Shown: positions 12,520-29,413, counted from the first letter of the stretch. The stretch is 64,000 nucleotides of DNA from the human T2T-CHM13v2.0 reference genome, Homo sapiens (GCF_009914755.1 NC_060925.1); one strand, 5' to 3'. Numbers and translations: made by a program. Notes: generated by a model not told the origin, from the sequence alone.

Positions 12520-13110
12520 AGAATCATAGCCAAGAAATTGGGCTTTGAAATCTCACAGACCTGGATTTGAGCCCCAAATTTGCCAACTTTAGCTGGGTGA
12601 ACTAGAGCAAGTTAGTTCTTTTTTTTTTTGAGACAGAGTCTTGCTCTGTTGCCCAGGCTGAAATGATCATAGCTCACTGCAGCCTCGACCTGAGTAGCTG
12701 GGACCATAGGCACACCCCACCATGCCCAGCTAATTCGTTTTTATTTTTTGTAGAGACGGGGTCTTTCTATGTTGCCCAGGCTGATCTTGAACTCCTGGGC
12801 TCAAGCGATCCTCTCACATTGGCTTTCCAAAGTGCTGAGATTACACCATGCCTGGCCTTCATCTTTGTAAATCTCCATGGCCTACTGTGTGAAGTATTTG
12901 TTCATTTAGGAAATACCTACAGAGCATTTCAATGCCTTGCTCACTTTAGCTCATCAGAGCAAACCAGTGAAGTAGATTCTATTATTATCTCCATTTTACA
13001 GGTGAGGAAAATAGGTGACTTGCCCAAGGCCACACAGCTAGTAACTAGGAGAACTGAAATTTGACCCCAGGCAGTCAGGCACCAGGGTCTGCAGTCCCAA
13101 GTTTAAACTA
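12520..13110. mobile_element. MIR pieces flanking an Alu
   Basis: ggctttgaaatctcacagacctggatttgagcccc and ccattttacaggtgaggaaaataggtgacttgcccaaggccacacagctag. Confidence 0.75.
12618..12858 (-). mobile_element. AluJ with internal deletions
   Basis: Poly-T, then atcatagctcactgcagcctcgacc and ctcctgggctcaagcgatcctc. Confidence 0.85.
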
Positions 13111-13264
13111 TGCCAAGAGGCTATAATTGCACCTGCTTTGCCTGATGGAATTCTGGAGGACTAAGTGGACCAGGGCATGTAAAAAGCTCTTATCACAGTG
13201 CCTGAAACATGGTCAAACTCAGTGAATGCTACCTATTATCATTTGTCTGTTATTTGTGAGGATT

Positions 13265-14870
<1,606 letters not shown>

Positions 14871-15599
14871 TAACCTGTTGTGATTTGGTTAAAAAGAAAC
14901 CATTAACCAACAGGAGCCAGAGAGGGTTCTCTAAGAACAAGTCAGGCCTAGGGCACATTGAGGATGAGCAAAAGAGAAATTGTAAATCAGTTTATTTTGG
15001 TCTTGGTAACAAGTGAAAAAGAATGGTTGAGAGAAATGTAGGTGGAAGAGATAAAAAGGAATGGATAAAGTGTCTATTATTTGTAGATTCCTTTTATACA
15101 AACAATTCTTTTCCACTGATAGTTGAAAACTGAGCGTAGTTTTTTCCTGTCTGCTGGGTGGAAATAGATTGTGAAATGTTGTCTTGTGGTTTCTAAAGAG
15201 TAAGTAGAAAACTGCATTAAAAATGCAGCACTAATCCATGCGATGTGAGACCTGCCATCAGGAGCTAAACCACCAAGCCAAGGTCCCTCAGAAATTACCT
15301 GTGTGGCAGCCAGTTTCTCACATGCTAGCAGAGGAAAGTCTCTCAAATTGCCCTTTAATAAGCAAGAAGAAAAACTGTCTCCCAGATTGGCAGTATTTAT
15401 TGTTTTTGCTATTACTATAAATATAATATCTGCTTGTAAAATCTCCAAAATATGAAGTAGAATGTGGAAGTCCCTAATAAGTCTAACTTGATCCAGTGAC
15501 AATATGGTGATAAAACTGTTAGTGGTCTGATATATATATATACATTTTTTCACCTCTTTTGTAGAATAAAAGAATGAAAGGAAGGATGGATGAGCAGAT

Positions 15600-16410
15600 G
15601 GATAAAATGCTTTACAATCTGCCTCTTTCACTTAATATATTGCGGACATCTTTCCTTGTAAAAACATAAATCTCTTGGGATTTGCTTTTTTTTCTTTTAA
15701 CAATTGCATAATATTCCATCATATGGCTGCACCATGATTTTTTTTAACCAAACCAATACTGATGAAAGTTCAAATTATTTGCATTTTAACTATTTTGACA
15801 GTGTTGCAATTAATATATATATATATTTTGAGACAGACTTTCACTCTTGTTGTCCAGGCTGGGGTGCAATGGCGTGATCTCGGCTCACTGCAACCACCTC
15901 TGCCTCCCAAGTAGCTGGGATTACAGGCATCCACCACCATGCCCGGCTAATTTTGTTATTTTTCGTAGAGACAGCATTTCTCCATGTTGGTCAGGCTGGT
16001 CTCGAACTCCCGCCCTCAGGTGATCCGCCCGCCTTGGCCTCCCAAAGTGCTGGCATGAGCCACCGTGCCTGGCCTGCAATTAATATTCTTTTACATAAAC
16101 GTGGTGTCTTTATCTGATTATTCCTGTAGGACAAATCTCTGCAAGTTCCAGGAATTGCTGGGTCAGAGATCAACCAAATTCTAAATTTGGAATTATTATT
16201 GCTTAATGGCCCTCAAAAGGGTCTACAAATTTACACTCTCACCAATGGTACATCAGAGTACCTGTTTCGCCACAACCTGCAGCTTTTATTGTTTACATGG
16301 GAGACAAGGAAGAATCCAATGTCTTTGGTCAATTTTTTCATAGGGAATTTGTCTTTTTCTTATTGGTTAATAAGAACAGATTGCTTATTAAGGACATTAA
16401 TCCTTGGTAA
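15600..16410 (-). mobile_element. L1ME-like 3' fragment, interrupted by an Alu
   Basis: ttcacttaatatattg...ttgcataatattccat...ggaattgctgggtcagag...aatttacactctcacca. Confidence 0.7.
15812..16075 (-). mobile_element. AluSp-like with internal deletions and (TA)n tail
   Basis: ttcactcttgttg, gcaatgg and ctccatgttggtcagg diagnostics; TSD tgcaattaatat. Confidence 0.9.
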
Positions 16411-16989
16411 TATCAGGGAATATTTTCAGAACAAGCCATTTTAATGAAATAAATGCTCCTAATGGGAGAAAAGGTATAATATTGTGATGTAATAATTTCA
16501 CATTCATATACAGAGACCCTCCTCAGCCCACCCTGTGCATAGCATGCATAGCAGATATGTGCTGCATAGAACACACATAGAAGATAGACAGATGAACCAA
16601 ATTGATGATTGTTTAAAGAAAGAGATAAACTAATAAATAAATGCCATATAGTGCAAACTATTATAAGGGAGTTTCAGGCAAGGTTCAGTGCGGGACTAAC
16701 AGGGGAACAGTCAGCTCTGGCCAGGAAGGGTGGGAAAGGCTCTGTATTTTTCCCTGGTGATCGTCTGTGGGTATCTTAGGTGGTTTGTCTTCTTGCTGAT
16801 TTGTGAGAGGTTGTTCTGATGCACTAGAATGAGAAACAGCATGCTGAATTCTGTTGGGATGTTCTGAATTTGAGAATACGGTAGAGCGGGATGGTGGGAG
16901 GGATGGTAATTCCCATCAAACACCTTCACCTCTCCCATCCCCTGATCTTGTCAGATAATACACATCTCTAGAGGGGGAGTCCCATGAAA

Positions 16990-17600
16990 CCCACGCATGG
17001 AGCCCAGTAGAGTGATAAGCAGGTGCAACCTGAAAATGAGGAGTGTAGGCTAAATCCCCAAAGCAATTGGCAGTCTTCGATGAGTTTTAAGTGGTGTTGG
17101 CGATGGGGGCTGCACTTCCTATTTGTGTCATAGAAGCCCTCTAGCTGCTTTGTGGAGGGGTTGTAGGAAAGCAACTCTGGAAGGCAGACCTATGTGAGGG
17201 CTGCTGGAGGACAAAGATGCTTGGGCCAGAACCAAGGTACCACACAGATTGGAAAGACATAGGGTGGGAACTGCTGACTGTTTGGACACCGGGGATGGTG
17301 AGCATGAGTGATGGTGCCATTCCCTGAGTTAGGAGGTGTAGAAGGAGAAGCAGGTTTGGGGAGTTTAGTGGAGAAGTAGGTACCTGTGGGGCTACTAGTG
17401 AAGATGCCCAGAGGGCAGCCACATACATGGATTCAGAACTTATAAGTCAGTTCTCAACTGGACCTTTGGAGGGAGAGTCAGCAGCCTGTTCCTGAACATT
17501 GAAACCTTGGAAATGGATGCTATTGCCCCTTGCAGGGTTAGGATGAGCAACAGGGCTGGCACAGAACCCTAGGGAACACCAACAGGGCAAGACAGAGGAT
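16990..17600 (-). mobile_element. L2 fragment
   Basis: gatggtgccattccctgag...agaagcaggtttgggg. Confidence 0.55.
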
Positions 17601-18754
17601 GGAAGACCAAGACTACTGGGACAAACGCCAACTCTCTACAGGCTCTGAGATGCCACAAGAGTAAGGCAAAAACAACCTAAGACTCACTCTTTAGTTCATC
17701 TAGCAAACCCAAGCTGAAAATTTAAAATACACTCGAGATTTCAATGCTGGTTTAAACTGGCTAGAGTATGGAGTCCAGCAGTTCTTTTCCCTGGTATCAT
17801 AGCTGCAAACCCATCCAAACTGTGCTCTGCTCCCAACCAGTTCTTTAGGATTGAAGGAATTCAGCTTCAGCATATGAGGCGTCTCTATCCCCTGATTCAC
17901 AAAGTGACTTTTCCACAATCCCAACTAATTCTGTTTCCCTGAGCTGTGCTTCACCAATATACATCTTCTTCTTTCCCTGCAGCCCTGTGGAAAAAACGTT
18001 TCAACATAAGGAAGTGTATAATGTGGAGGAAAAAACCATCATGCCCTCTAAGGGTTCATGGTCTCATTGAAATGTGGCACATCCGCCAGCTTCCCAGGGC
18101 TCCCGGGCTGGGTGTTGGGGTGGACTGGGAGTCAGATGGTGATGATGTGCCCAAGTGCATCTGACTCTTGCCTAACAGAGGAGCAATTTTTAGCAAATGT
18201 TAAGGAGGATTTGCTCTCCCTTTAGGATGATCAATTTTTCCACTAGGCAAGACTCATTCAATTGCCTTTCCAGAACCCTTACACTCTAGTCTGAATCACA
18301 CATTGGGAAATTAATAATTCACTATCTTGTGCCACCAGTCATGTCCTCAAGTGGATTCTAAATTCCTTGAGGAGCCAGAGGCCATGATGTTACTTCTCCT
18401 GGATCTCCCAAGTGCCCACAACTGGGCTACATCCATGGGAGACCCTTGATGAAGTGAAGTTGATCAGGGAATGCAGAGCACTCAGGCCCACATACCTCGG
18501 CCTTGGGGAGCATCTAGTGCAACCCCTTACAGATAGGGAAACTGAAAGCCACAGGGGTGCAGCAGCGTGTGCAGTCACACAGCCCATTGATGACAGAGCT
18601 GTTACACAAGGAAGTGAGGAGAAGCAGCAGGGTGACAGACCAAGAGTGTGGCCTTTGCCAGGCCTCCTTCACTTACTGGCCATGTGAGCGTGGGCTCCTT
18701 ACCACACCTCCTCCACTTCCCCTGTTATAAAGCAGAAATCATACGTGAACTTCA

Positions 18755-19045
18755 GGCTGGGTGCAGTGGGTGGCCCATGCCTGTAATCCCAGCACCTTGG
18801 GAAGCCAAGGCAGGCAGATCGCTTGAGCCCAGGAGTTCAAGACCAGCGTGGGCAACACAGCAAAACCCCATCTCTCCAAAAAAATACAAAAATTAGCTGG
18901 GCGTGGTGGCATGCACCTGTAGTCCCAGCTACTCAGGAGGCTGAGGCAGGAGGACTATTGGAGCCCAGGGAGGTCAAGGCTGTAGAGGGCCGTGATCACA
19001 CCACTGCACCCTAGCGGCAGAATGAGACCCTGTCTCAAAATAAAA
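18755..19045 (+). mobile_element. AluJ
   Basis: gcttgagcccaggagttcaagacc and gaggtcaaggctg; TSD gtgaac(t/c)tca. Confidence 0.93.
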
Positions 19046-19619
19046 GTGAACCTCAGCTGAGGGCATTATGAAGACCAAATGGGCAGACCCATAGAAAGCT
19101 CGTGGCACAAGGCCTAGAGTAGAATAAGTGTTCAATGAACATCAGCAAAAGGGAAATACATAACTCCAAAAGAAAAACACATAATTTCATTGAAGTGTTT
19201 GCCACCTCCAAGTATTTAGTATGAATTTATTAAATAACTTGACATTTTCAACTCAACTCTACTCATATAGAGAATGCAGCTGGGAGTCGGGCACTTTGAG
19301 TTTCCTAAGCGCAGGACTGTTCCTTTCCAAGCAAGAGGTCCACACGGCTCCGAACACTGTCTAGGCTGTACTCTAACATTATTGTCAGCACGATTGCCTG
19401 CAACAGTCAGGTCTAGCAGTCAGAGCTGGAAATACCCTGCTCAGATGAAGTAATGCAACCAGAGGGCAGAAGGGAGAAGTGGTCCCCACAGCACGGGGGA
19501 GGAAGCGGAGGGAGGGTTACAGGAAAAAGCTTTTCCTTTTCACAAACTGTCACTTTAACTAAAATGCAGTCTCATCTCAGCCTGTTGTAGATGCTTATTA
19601 TACACTGTAAAATCATACT

Positions 19620-19855
19620 CACTGGAGGTGTATTCTAGCTCCCATCTTTCCTCCCAAAGCTATGCGATCTTGGGAGTTATGCAATTTTTCTGTGCTTAGT
19701 TTCATGGTTTGCCCTTCATTCTGCAAAATGGGGATAATAGTAACTTACGGTTAACCCCTGATTAATTACTGCATCAATTTAAAAAAACAATTCCTGTGAA
19801 AGATTTAGAACAGAGTGTCTAGCGTATAATAAGCATTCTATAAATATTAGTTGCT
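19620..19855 (+). mobile_element. MIR
   Basis: ctgcaaaatggggataatagtaac...gaagatttagaacagagtgtctagcgtataataagcattc. Confidence 0.65.
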
Positions 19856-20749
19856 ATTGTTTTTAAAATTGTCTATCCTATAGTTTTAATACAGCTGTAG
19901 AGTTATTATTTCAGGAGCAAAATCTTGATACCCTTTTCCACCTGGCTCAATTTAATCTGAATTCAATTAAAAATCAAAAGAGAATTGAATTTAGAGTTCT
20001 ATTCATGAATACAAAAGGCTGGGAGGAAACACACCCCAAATGACACAGTGGATGTGGTAGAATAGGACTATGAACAGATTTTGTTCTTCCTTTTCACCTT
20101 CTGTATTTTCCATCAATTATTTGTATGATTAAAAACAATCATTTCAGACAAGAGGGACATCGTGAGCTGTGAGAAACATCTTCTATCTGTTGCTTTCTGT
20201 AGGCAGAGACAAAGGAAGGGGCTCCAGTTTGCCATTCTCTTAACCGAGAGGCTTCCTACCTCATCTAATGTGGAGATTCTACTGACCCGGGAAGCCTTCC
20301 CTCCTGTTACCTCAAGCCGGCCTCCTAGCCTTTTGCCTCCTCCCACCCACAGCCTGCCTGGTTGCAGGTTGGTGGGAAAGGAGGGGACAGGGGGCTGCAC
20401 TCCCCAGAGGCCCTTCCACTCCTTGACTCAGGCCGGGTTCTGTCAGTTGCACTCTTCTGCTGAGATGTCCATCTTCTGTTTGTGCCACCTCTGCATGCTT
20501 GCCTCATTGCCCTGCCCACCATGACAGCCTTCTCTTTCCAGGACTTCAGCAACTGGTGCATCCTTCTTTCCCTTCCATAGTCATGGCTGCTTTCAACTCA
20601 CAGCTGTTGTCTGTCTGTTTGCTTATTTGATTGTTTTATAGTATGATTCCTTTAATAGAGTCCCAAAACTAGCAAACTAGACCGTATTTATTGTGAGATG
20701 TATATGTAGGTGGCTTACTATAAAGAGCAGCAATTGTATCTATGGCACT

Positions 20750-20960
20750 GTTCATAGCACTTCATATACATTTGCCATATTTAATCTTTTAAACAACCTT
20801 ATCAGCTTGTATCTTCTCATTATCCTTATATCACAGATGAAGAAACAGCACAGAGGGATGAAGTAGTTTGCTCAAGGATATATAGCTGGTGAGTAGAGGA
20901 ACCAAGATGTGAATCAATGTCTTCTGGCTACAGATTCTGTGTCCTTCACCACTGTACCAT
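20750..20960 (-). mobile_element. MIR
   Basis: cagatgaagaaacagcacagagggatgaagtagtttgctcaagg. Confidence 0.7.
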
Positions 20961-21169
20961 GTTGCTTTGTAAAAAGCAGCATGGAAATAATTGTCCCAAA
21001 AGTCAGAATATTAGGTAGCTTTAGGGGAGGCAAAGGATTGAAATCAGCAAAATATGTGGGAGAGATTCTGGGATGCTGGAAGTGGTCCCCATCATGACCT
21101 ACGTGGTGTTTACATAGGAATTCACTTTATGATTATTTGTTGAACCACATGTGTCTCTTATGTAATATA

Positions 21170-21311
21170 CAGACGCTCTTTGACTTATGTTGGGTTCATC
21201 CAGACATAGCTCATCATAAGTTGAGGAGCCAATGCACATGGCTTTAGCACCATTGCAAAGTTGAAAAAGGAAAATCGTATGTCAAACCATCCTAAGTTGG
21301 GGACTGTCGGT
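21170..21311. mobile_element. MER47/Tigger5-like internally deleted TcMar element
   Basis: ta|cagacgctctttgacttatg...cctaagttggggactgtcgg|ta: terminal inverted repeats and TA TSD. Confidence 0.7.
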
Positions 21312-22342
21312 ATATTGTTGATGGGGTTGTGGGGGTACTGAGCACTAAACTCTGGAAGGCAAGTGGCTACACTACAGGTTTGACTTCTCAGGTCTACCTC
21401 GACCTGTTCATTCCATAAAACACTGGAGGCCCCTGCTTCATGTTCAGGACACTGGCACCAGCAAAGTTTTTGAGAAGAAACAGCTTCTGGACACTAGAGC
21501 AGCTGAAGTGCCTGAGGGGCCAGTGCCATTGAAATAAGTGTCCAGGCCTTCCTTATCCTGGGGCCTGGAGCCAGGGTGGGGTGGGGAGCTTCTTCTAAAC
21601 TTTCTGTCCTATGGCTGAGGCCCCTGGGAAGTCTTCCAGAAAAATCTTCCAGGAAGACCTGGGCAAGGCACAGCCCAGGGCAGCAAGGCCGTAGTCATGC
21701 TGGAGCCAGAGGAAAAGGGCAGGGCCTCGCGTCTTCCGTGCTTGCATCCTGCCTGACCTGGGACCTCCCAGAATGCTGACCTCCATCTCTGCGCCATCTG
21801 AGACCCGCACAGGTGCAGCAGTCCTTGGATCTCTGCCTCCACAGAGCCCTAGCTCACTCCTCACTAAAAGGTGGTGAGGAGCCTTTGTCCACTGCTGCCC
21901 AGAATGAGGCTCTAGCTTCTTCACAAAGGGGTTCACAAGTAGTGAGGCCTGGGACTCCGGAGTCCAACCCTAATCCAGTCTGAGGCAGGCAGGACCCTGT
22001 GACATTATGTTCTTCTCACCGCATCTTGCACCTTACAGGGGGCCCCACAGTGTTGCAGGAGCAATGACTTGTGGCTTTGGGGAGGTCTTTGCTCTACTTC
22101 TGGACTCCGGCACTGGAGGCCTGATTCATATGCTGATGATGACACCAGAATTCCCCTTCCACTCCCTAACCAGGCTTGAAAGTCCAGCTTGCTTCCCAGC
22201 TCCCCGTCATGGCCTCATCCCTGCAGAGTCGGCACAGTCCACACTTCTCGCTGCCCATTCTGCTTGCTCTCCCTGGGCCAGCTCCCCTTCTTTCAGTGCT
22301 GCTCATTCCAAATTGGCAGCTCACACCAGCCCCCTCTCCTGA

Positions 22343-22948
<606 letters not shown>

Positions 22949-23279
22949 TCGTAAGCATTTACTGAGTGAATGTAAGCATTTACTGAGGGCTTACAATGTA
23001 GCAGACCCAGCATCAAAGTCTACAATATCTTATTTAATCCCGGTTAAGCACACCTCATGGCACTTGTTAGGGGTTCCACATGTACTGAATAAATGAGTCT
23101 TCACAATAATCTTTTGTGGAAGTTACTATTAATCTCTCCATCTCATAGATGAGAAAATGAAGACTCGGAGATGTTAAATAATCGGCCCACAGTCACAATG
23201 ATGAGTGGCAGAGCTGGGATGTATGTCAATAGCAGGTCTGTTTCTAGGATCTATGTGCTTACCCACTGATATGCTGTCA

Positions 23280-24020
23280 TTCATCTGTTCATTTAACAAA
23301 TATTAATCCAGTACCTACTATTAGACACAGGAGTTGCAACGGAAAATAAAACAGACAAAATCTTTGATGTATAGAGCTAACATTCTAGTGAGAGAGACAA
23401 ACATTAAACATGATAAGTAACATGTATGATGAATAGTGGTGAGAGCTAATAAAAAGGTAAAGAAGGGAAGGAAAGAGTAAGGGGTGTCATTTTAGATGAA
23501 TGAACAGGGAGGCTTCACAAAGAGGGGATCGTTGGGTAAAGCCCTGAAGGGGGTGAGGGAGTCAACTTAATCTAAGGAAAGGGCTTTGGAGCTAGGGTAC
23601 CAGGTGCCAAGGCTCTGCGGTAGGAGAGTTCCTGACAAGTTCTAGGAATTGTGAGGAGACCAATGCCTTTGGAGCAGAGGCACTGAGTCTCCCTCAGTAA
23701 TGGGAACTCAAAGAGTAGGAGGAGCCAGGTTGCATAGGGCCTTAGGTCTCTGTACAGAGTGGCATGAACCCTGAGTGTGATGTGATTCATCGGAAGATTA
23801 CCAGGGGAGGCATGACGTGCTGATGTGGCTTTTGACAAGATTCCTCAGGCTGCCACACTGAGAGACACGGCAAATGCATCAGCATGGAGACCAGCAATCT
23901 GAACAACTGCTATGGCAATTCTTCAGATAAGAGATTATGGTGGCTGGAGCTTGGGTAGTAGCCATAGAAATGGTAGGAAGTGGTTTATTTGAAATACGTT
24001 TTCAAGATGGAACCCATAGG
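23280..24020 (-). mobile_element. L2
   Basis: ttcatttaacaaatatt...ggtagtagccatagaaatggtaggaagtggtttatttgaaatacgttttcaagatgg. Confidence 0.75.
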
Positions 24021-24029
24021 CTTCTAGCC

Positions 24030-24440
24030 TCCTGGGCTCGGCTGCCTGTTGGACACCTGCATGTTCCCCTCACACCTCAGACTCATCATATCAGAAACTG
24101 AACTCATTACCTTTCCCCTAGAAATATTCATCCCTCCTGTACTTTAATCCCTGTTATTACCACTCCCAGCTAGACAGTGGCCCAAGCCAGAAACCTGGGC
24201 ACCATCCTCGATCCGTCTCTGTCCACCTTCCATTCTGCTTTCTCCTTCTTCATCCCCAACTCCACTGCCTTTAATTCAGTCCCACATCCCTCTGGCCTGG
24301 ACTCTCAACAGTTTCCCTCCTCTGGCCTGGTTCAGCAAACTCCACAAGGAACCAGGATGATCTTTACTGGAAGCAGACCACATCCATTTAAAACTCTTCT
24401 GAGACTCTCTGTTGCCTGCTAAAGAAGTCCAAATTCTCTG
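24030..24440 (+). mobile_element. L2 in opposite orientation to the preceding piece
   Basis: cacctcagactcatcatatcagaaactgaactcatt...ccaagccagaaacctgggcaccatcctcga. Confidence 0.7.
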
Positions 24441-24443
24441 GCC

Positions 24444-25187
24444 CAGAGATGTTCAAAAGAAATACAATGCAAGCCACATACATAATTTAAAATTTTCTAG
24501 TAGTCACATTAAAAAAGTAAAACAAAATAAGGTAATTGTAATAACATACATGATTAACCCAATATATCCAAAATATTATCTTAACATGTAATTGTCAAAA
24601 GACAAAATAACAACAAATTTAGTTTAATGATCTTAGTTGGATTTTATTTGTGATTCTAGAATGAGGCAACATCTTATTTTATAAAACAGAATAAGTGTTC
24701 CAATGGGCTGAGCAGATTTTATAGACAGAAAAGGGCTGAAGAAAGCAGAAACAGAATGAAAAATCAGAGTGGTTGTTTCAAAGCTGCTTTCCTTGTAAAG
24801 GTAAAAGCAGAGGGCACTTTCCTCATCATGCTGGCTAAAACTGACTCTTTTGGGGATTAGGCTATTATCTGTCTCTCTCTTGATTTCTCAGAAGGTCAGA
24901 TAAACAATTTACTTTTGGCTTGATAGGGTGGAACTTCAGCACGCATAACTCCACTTTGGTTTGGTCTGCTGGGCCTAGTGCTCCTGCTCAGTCCAAACCA
25001 ATGACATCTATAAATTTTATTAACATAAGGAATATTAAAAAGCATTAATGATATAGTTTGCATTCCTTTTTTCATAGTAAGTCTTCAATCTCTGGTGTCT
25101 ACTTTACCCTCACAGCACATTGCACTTTGGACCAGTCACATTTCAGTCACTGAGGAGCAATGTGTGGCTACACACGGGACAGTGCAG
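24444..25187. mobile_element. MER33-like hAT-Charlie element, split by an LTR
   Basis: taatttaaaattttctagtagtcacattaaaaaagtaaaa ... gcaatgtgtggctac...ggacagtgcag; 8-bp TSD ctctggcc/ctccagcc. Confidence 0.75.
24593..25025 (-). mobile_element. ERV1 LTR, MER31-like
   Basis: tgtcaaaagacaaaataacaacaaatttagtttaatgatctt...taaca; flanks taat/taag. Confidence 0.7.
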
Positions 25188-26094
25188 CTCCAGCCAATCA
25201 ACCACAGCCTTGCCCTTGGTATTCTCTAGCTCCTCTCCAGCCTCATCCCCACCCCCGCCCATGGTCCCTCACCTGCTTGTTTCCTGGGCTGCAGCAGATC
25301 TTATCCACACACCAGGTTGTTCATGATTCTCCGCCCTTGCACATCAATTTAGAGGTGTGCTGGAGCACAATCAAGTAAATCTCTTCCCAGCTCCCCATTC
25401 AGTGATGCCATATAGCCTGAAGTCAGCCAAGCTGGAAGCATCTATACTACAGAAACTGCAAGCACTCTAACACGGGGTGGAACGGGTGGGCCCATTGTGA
25501 AACATTTGCCAGCATATCACTGCATGTAATGACCACCACCCTGCCCTGCCACCACCATGCTCTTCTGCCACCCCTCGTTCACTGGATAAACTTGGCCATC
25601 AGTGATCTGTGTATGTTTGCAGCCCTACTAGTCTTTAACTTCAGAAAGCAGAGCCTAGATTTTTTTTATCCAGTGCTTGGCATGTAGTAGAGTTCTTTCC
25701 TCCTCCTATTTTTCATTATTTTTCTGAACACTCTATTATAATTACCACTGTATATAAAAGACCATCAAGAAAATATGTTTAAAATATAATATGAATCCTG
25801 TTTCCTCTACTTACTGGTGTCATGGCCTCAGGCAAGGTACTTAACTGTAATGAATATTTGTTTCCGTATAGGAAAAGAGGTTTAAAAACATATTCACTGC
25901 AAAGCTGCTGCAATGATTAAACCATCTAAATTGTTTAGTCCAGTAATGATTACATACCACAATCACTCAAAAATGTTTAGGTGTTATTACTAAGTGTTTA
26001 AGTATCTATTGCTTGTATAAAGTAGTTTCTCAAAGCCTTTTTGTTAAAATAAATGTTGAATGAAATTTTAGAAATTCCTCGAGTCCGATTCGGA

Positions 26095-26545
26095 GAGTAT
26101 GAGTCAGAATTCCAGCTGCAGACAGATGGCACGTACACTCAAAGGGGTGACTAAGGGGAGTTTATTAAAAGAGTATTTACAAAAGTCTAGGCAAGTTTAA
26201 GGGAACCCCAGGGTTGGCAACAGTCCATGACCACCAATCAGCCTGAATGTGCAAGGGAAAGGAACATTTACCTGAATGCAGTAAGAACTGCAGCTACAGG
26301 AAAGGTCTATCAACAGGAGCTGCAGCCCTCCTTAAATGAACCCAGCAAGCCATCAGTGGAGGAGGTGGATAGATATCCTGCCTCACTTTCCTCCAGCTCT
26401 CCAGAGGATCACCTGCCAGTGCTTCCCAGTGGCACAACCCAGGGAGCCCATGGCAGACCCTGCAGGCCAGCCACTTGGACAGTGAGCCCGATGGAAAGGG
26501 CAGCAGATGGACTGGAGGCCCAAGCAGGGAATCACATACACAGAG
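26095..26545. mobile_element. Ancient LTR-like fragment, family uncertain
   Basis: cagatggcac...ctcaaaggggtgactaaggggagtttattaaaagagtatttacaaa resembles old mammalian LTRs. Confidence 0.45.
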
Positions 26546-26711
26546 AGTCTTCAAGTGGGACAAAACCTCCATCAGCCTACAGGTGTCCAGTTTTGCTTAC
26601 ATATCAAAGACAATAATCATCGATACTGGGCAGTGTTTCTTTGGTTTTAGCCTTGAAGGAAAGAATCAGATAACAAGCATTTATGTGGCTATCTGGTTAC
26701 TTCTTCTTCTT

Positions 26712-27017
<306 letters not shown>

Positions 27018-28216
27018 TAGTTATTTTATCTGCAAGTGTATTCCCTCAAATATAAGAAAGCTGATTTTACTCTATGACCTTCCACTTTGTTGGCATCTCA
27101 GCATTCTTAGAAAAAGTTCTTTTCCATGTCTAACTTAAACAACAGAAATATGCGCTACAACAGAAATATGTTGTATCTTAAACAGTTCTCCATAGAGCAG
27201 AAAAAGAATTGGTATATATAACCTTGATTAAATCACCACTATAGTATTTTTACCTTTACAATTGATCATCACAGTACTTTTCATTTTTGTCCTGTGATCC
27301 CCTTTCTAATCATCTATTCAGCCTCTAGCCATGGCCTGTCAGATATCCTACCCATGTCAGAAGAGTGGTTAAAATGCTGGTTTGATTATCTTTGCTTCTT
27401 GTGGAAGCCTGGAAAAAGATTTATAATTTTCTTGGAAAGGCCTGGAAGGAGGCTATAATCATTTCCTGGCTTTGTTCTGGAAGCTCTCCAGCTTCTCCAC
27501 AAAGCCCTTATGCTAGCCAGGATGGCCAGGAGATCAGTTTCACTTTCCTATCTATCCTAAGATAGCGGTCTTCTGAGTCTTTCCTTGTTTCTGCTGGCAA
27601 TTTCTAAATGCAAGGGCTGATGCCCATTCCACAAGAAAGAGATAAGGAAGGAAGGGGGAAGGCAGCAAGGGTCTTGCCAACATTTTGATTCCTTCGGTAG
27701 AATGTAAGCTCCATGAGGGCAGGGGCCACATCTACCCACTCACCTCATGTCCCCAGCGCTTAGCCTAGTGTCTGGCACATTGAAGGTGCTCAACCCTTTT
27801 GTAGAATGAATAAATGAATGAAGGCACACAACGTGCCGAACATTTTAAGATATTGGAGATCTTGTTTTTCAGATGGGAAAATGGAGAGCCCAGTATTATT
27901 TAAAATGTCAGCAATGGGCAAGGCTTCAACCCCCAGTCTTCTGGCTTTTGCCATCCAATACATCCCACTACTTCCCATCTAAAATGATGCCTTCCTTTGT
28001 CAAGTCATCTTGCTTTACCTTTGCTATTACCTCGCTCAAGTTCAACTTTTCAGTAGCAAGCCTGGACCCACAAGCCCTGCCACGATCAAGAGCCCCTCTC
28101 TCCACAGTTAACCCATCTATGTTGCTGTCTCTCATTGGCCTTGCCCCAGGGGTCTTCCCTCTTCTCATCTTACGATCTGCAGCCTTTTGGGGGGTTTATG
28201 AGTGTATTGTAGAAGC

Positions 28217-28613
<397 letters not shown>

Positions 28614-29275
28614 TGAGTAAACTATATGTGGGATATTAGAAACTGTGACTGCCTCAGAGCCACCACCTGCCTGTATTGATCTCCATAGCCCAGTGGCTTG
28701 CAGCTCCTGGTGTGCCAATGGTCTGGGTGGATGCCTGCACCACCTGAGGCTGCCCCAGGGTACCAGCATCAAGCTGCAAACTGGTTCCAAAATGAGTTTC
28801 CCTTTCCTCCAACCCACCACCATGAGTTCCTGGACACCCCTGGCCTAAAAGTCCCAGAAAATAGTGAGGACAGTGCCTTGTTTTGGTAGCCCTCCCCCAC
28901 CCACTCCCAAGATCCAGTGTTTCTCTGTCCAGGCTGTCTGCCACCTGTATCCAGAACTGACCAGTTATAGACCTCTACTACCTCTACTTGCCTTGGCTCC
29001 ATTCTCTTTGGCAGAGACAGATGTGGAGCTACCAGAGCCCTGGGTGAAAGGCATACTTTTGCATTCGTGCAGGCCCTTCCCACCCATTTATAGGTGTAAA
29101 TTTTACAAAGCCTAGATTCCTGTGTGTTGGCACTGGGACAGTGTTGTATTTAAGAAGCACAGGACAATATCCAAAATATAATTTAAAAGGAAATGCATTC
29201 TTTATTCATCCTCATGTAAGTCATAACAGAGAATAAACATAGATAGGAACTCTTTAACATTTACTAAATTCCCAA

Positions 29276-29277
29276 TT

Positions 29278-29333
<56 letters not shown>

Positions 29334-29413
29334 TCCTTTCTTTCTTTCTTTCCCTTCCTTCCTTCCTTCCTTCCTTCCTTCCTTCCTTCCTTCCTTCCTT
29401 CCTTCCTTCCTTC

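Noticed and set aside
12663-13064. Alu-derived ORFs (also 13975, 26726, 30963, 53313 and 55030)
   Set aside because: Generic Alu translations with no gene structure.
26227-26616. 129-aa ATG-initiated ORF
   Set aside because: Overlaps an ancient LTR-like fragment and has no recognisable domain.
27968-28168. Protein-looking ORF ([22 protein letters not shown]) next to a poly-T run, as a processed pseudogene
   Set aside because: No recognisable homology; the poly-T is the tail of the neighbouring AluY and lies on the wrong side.
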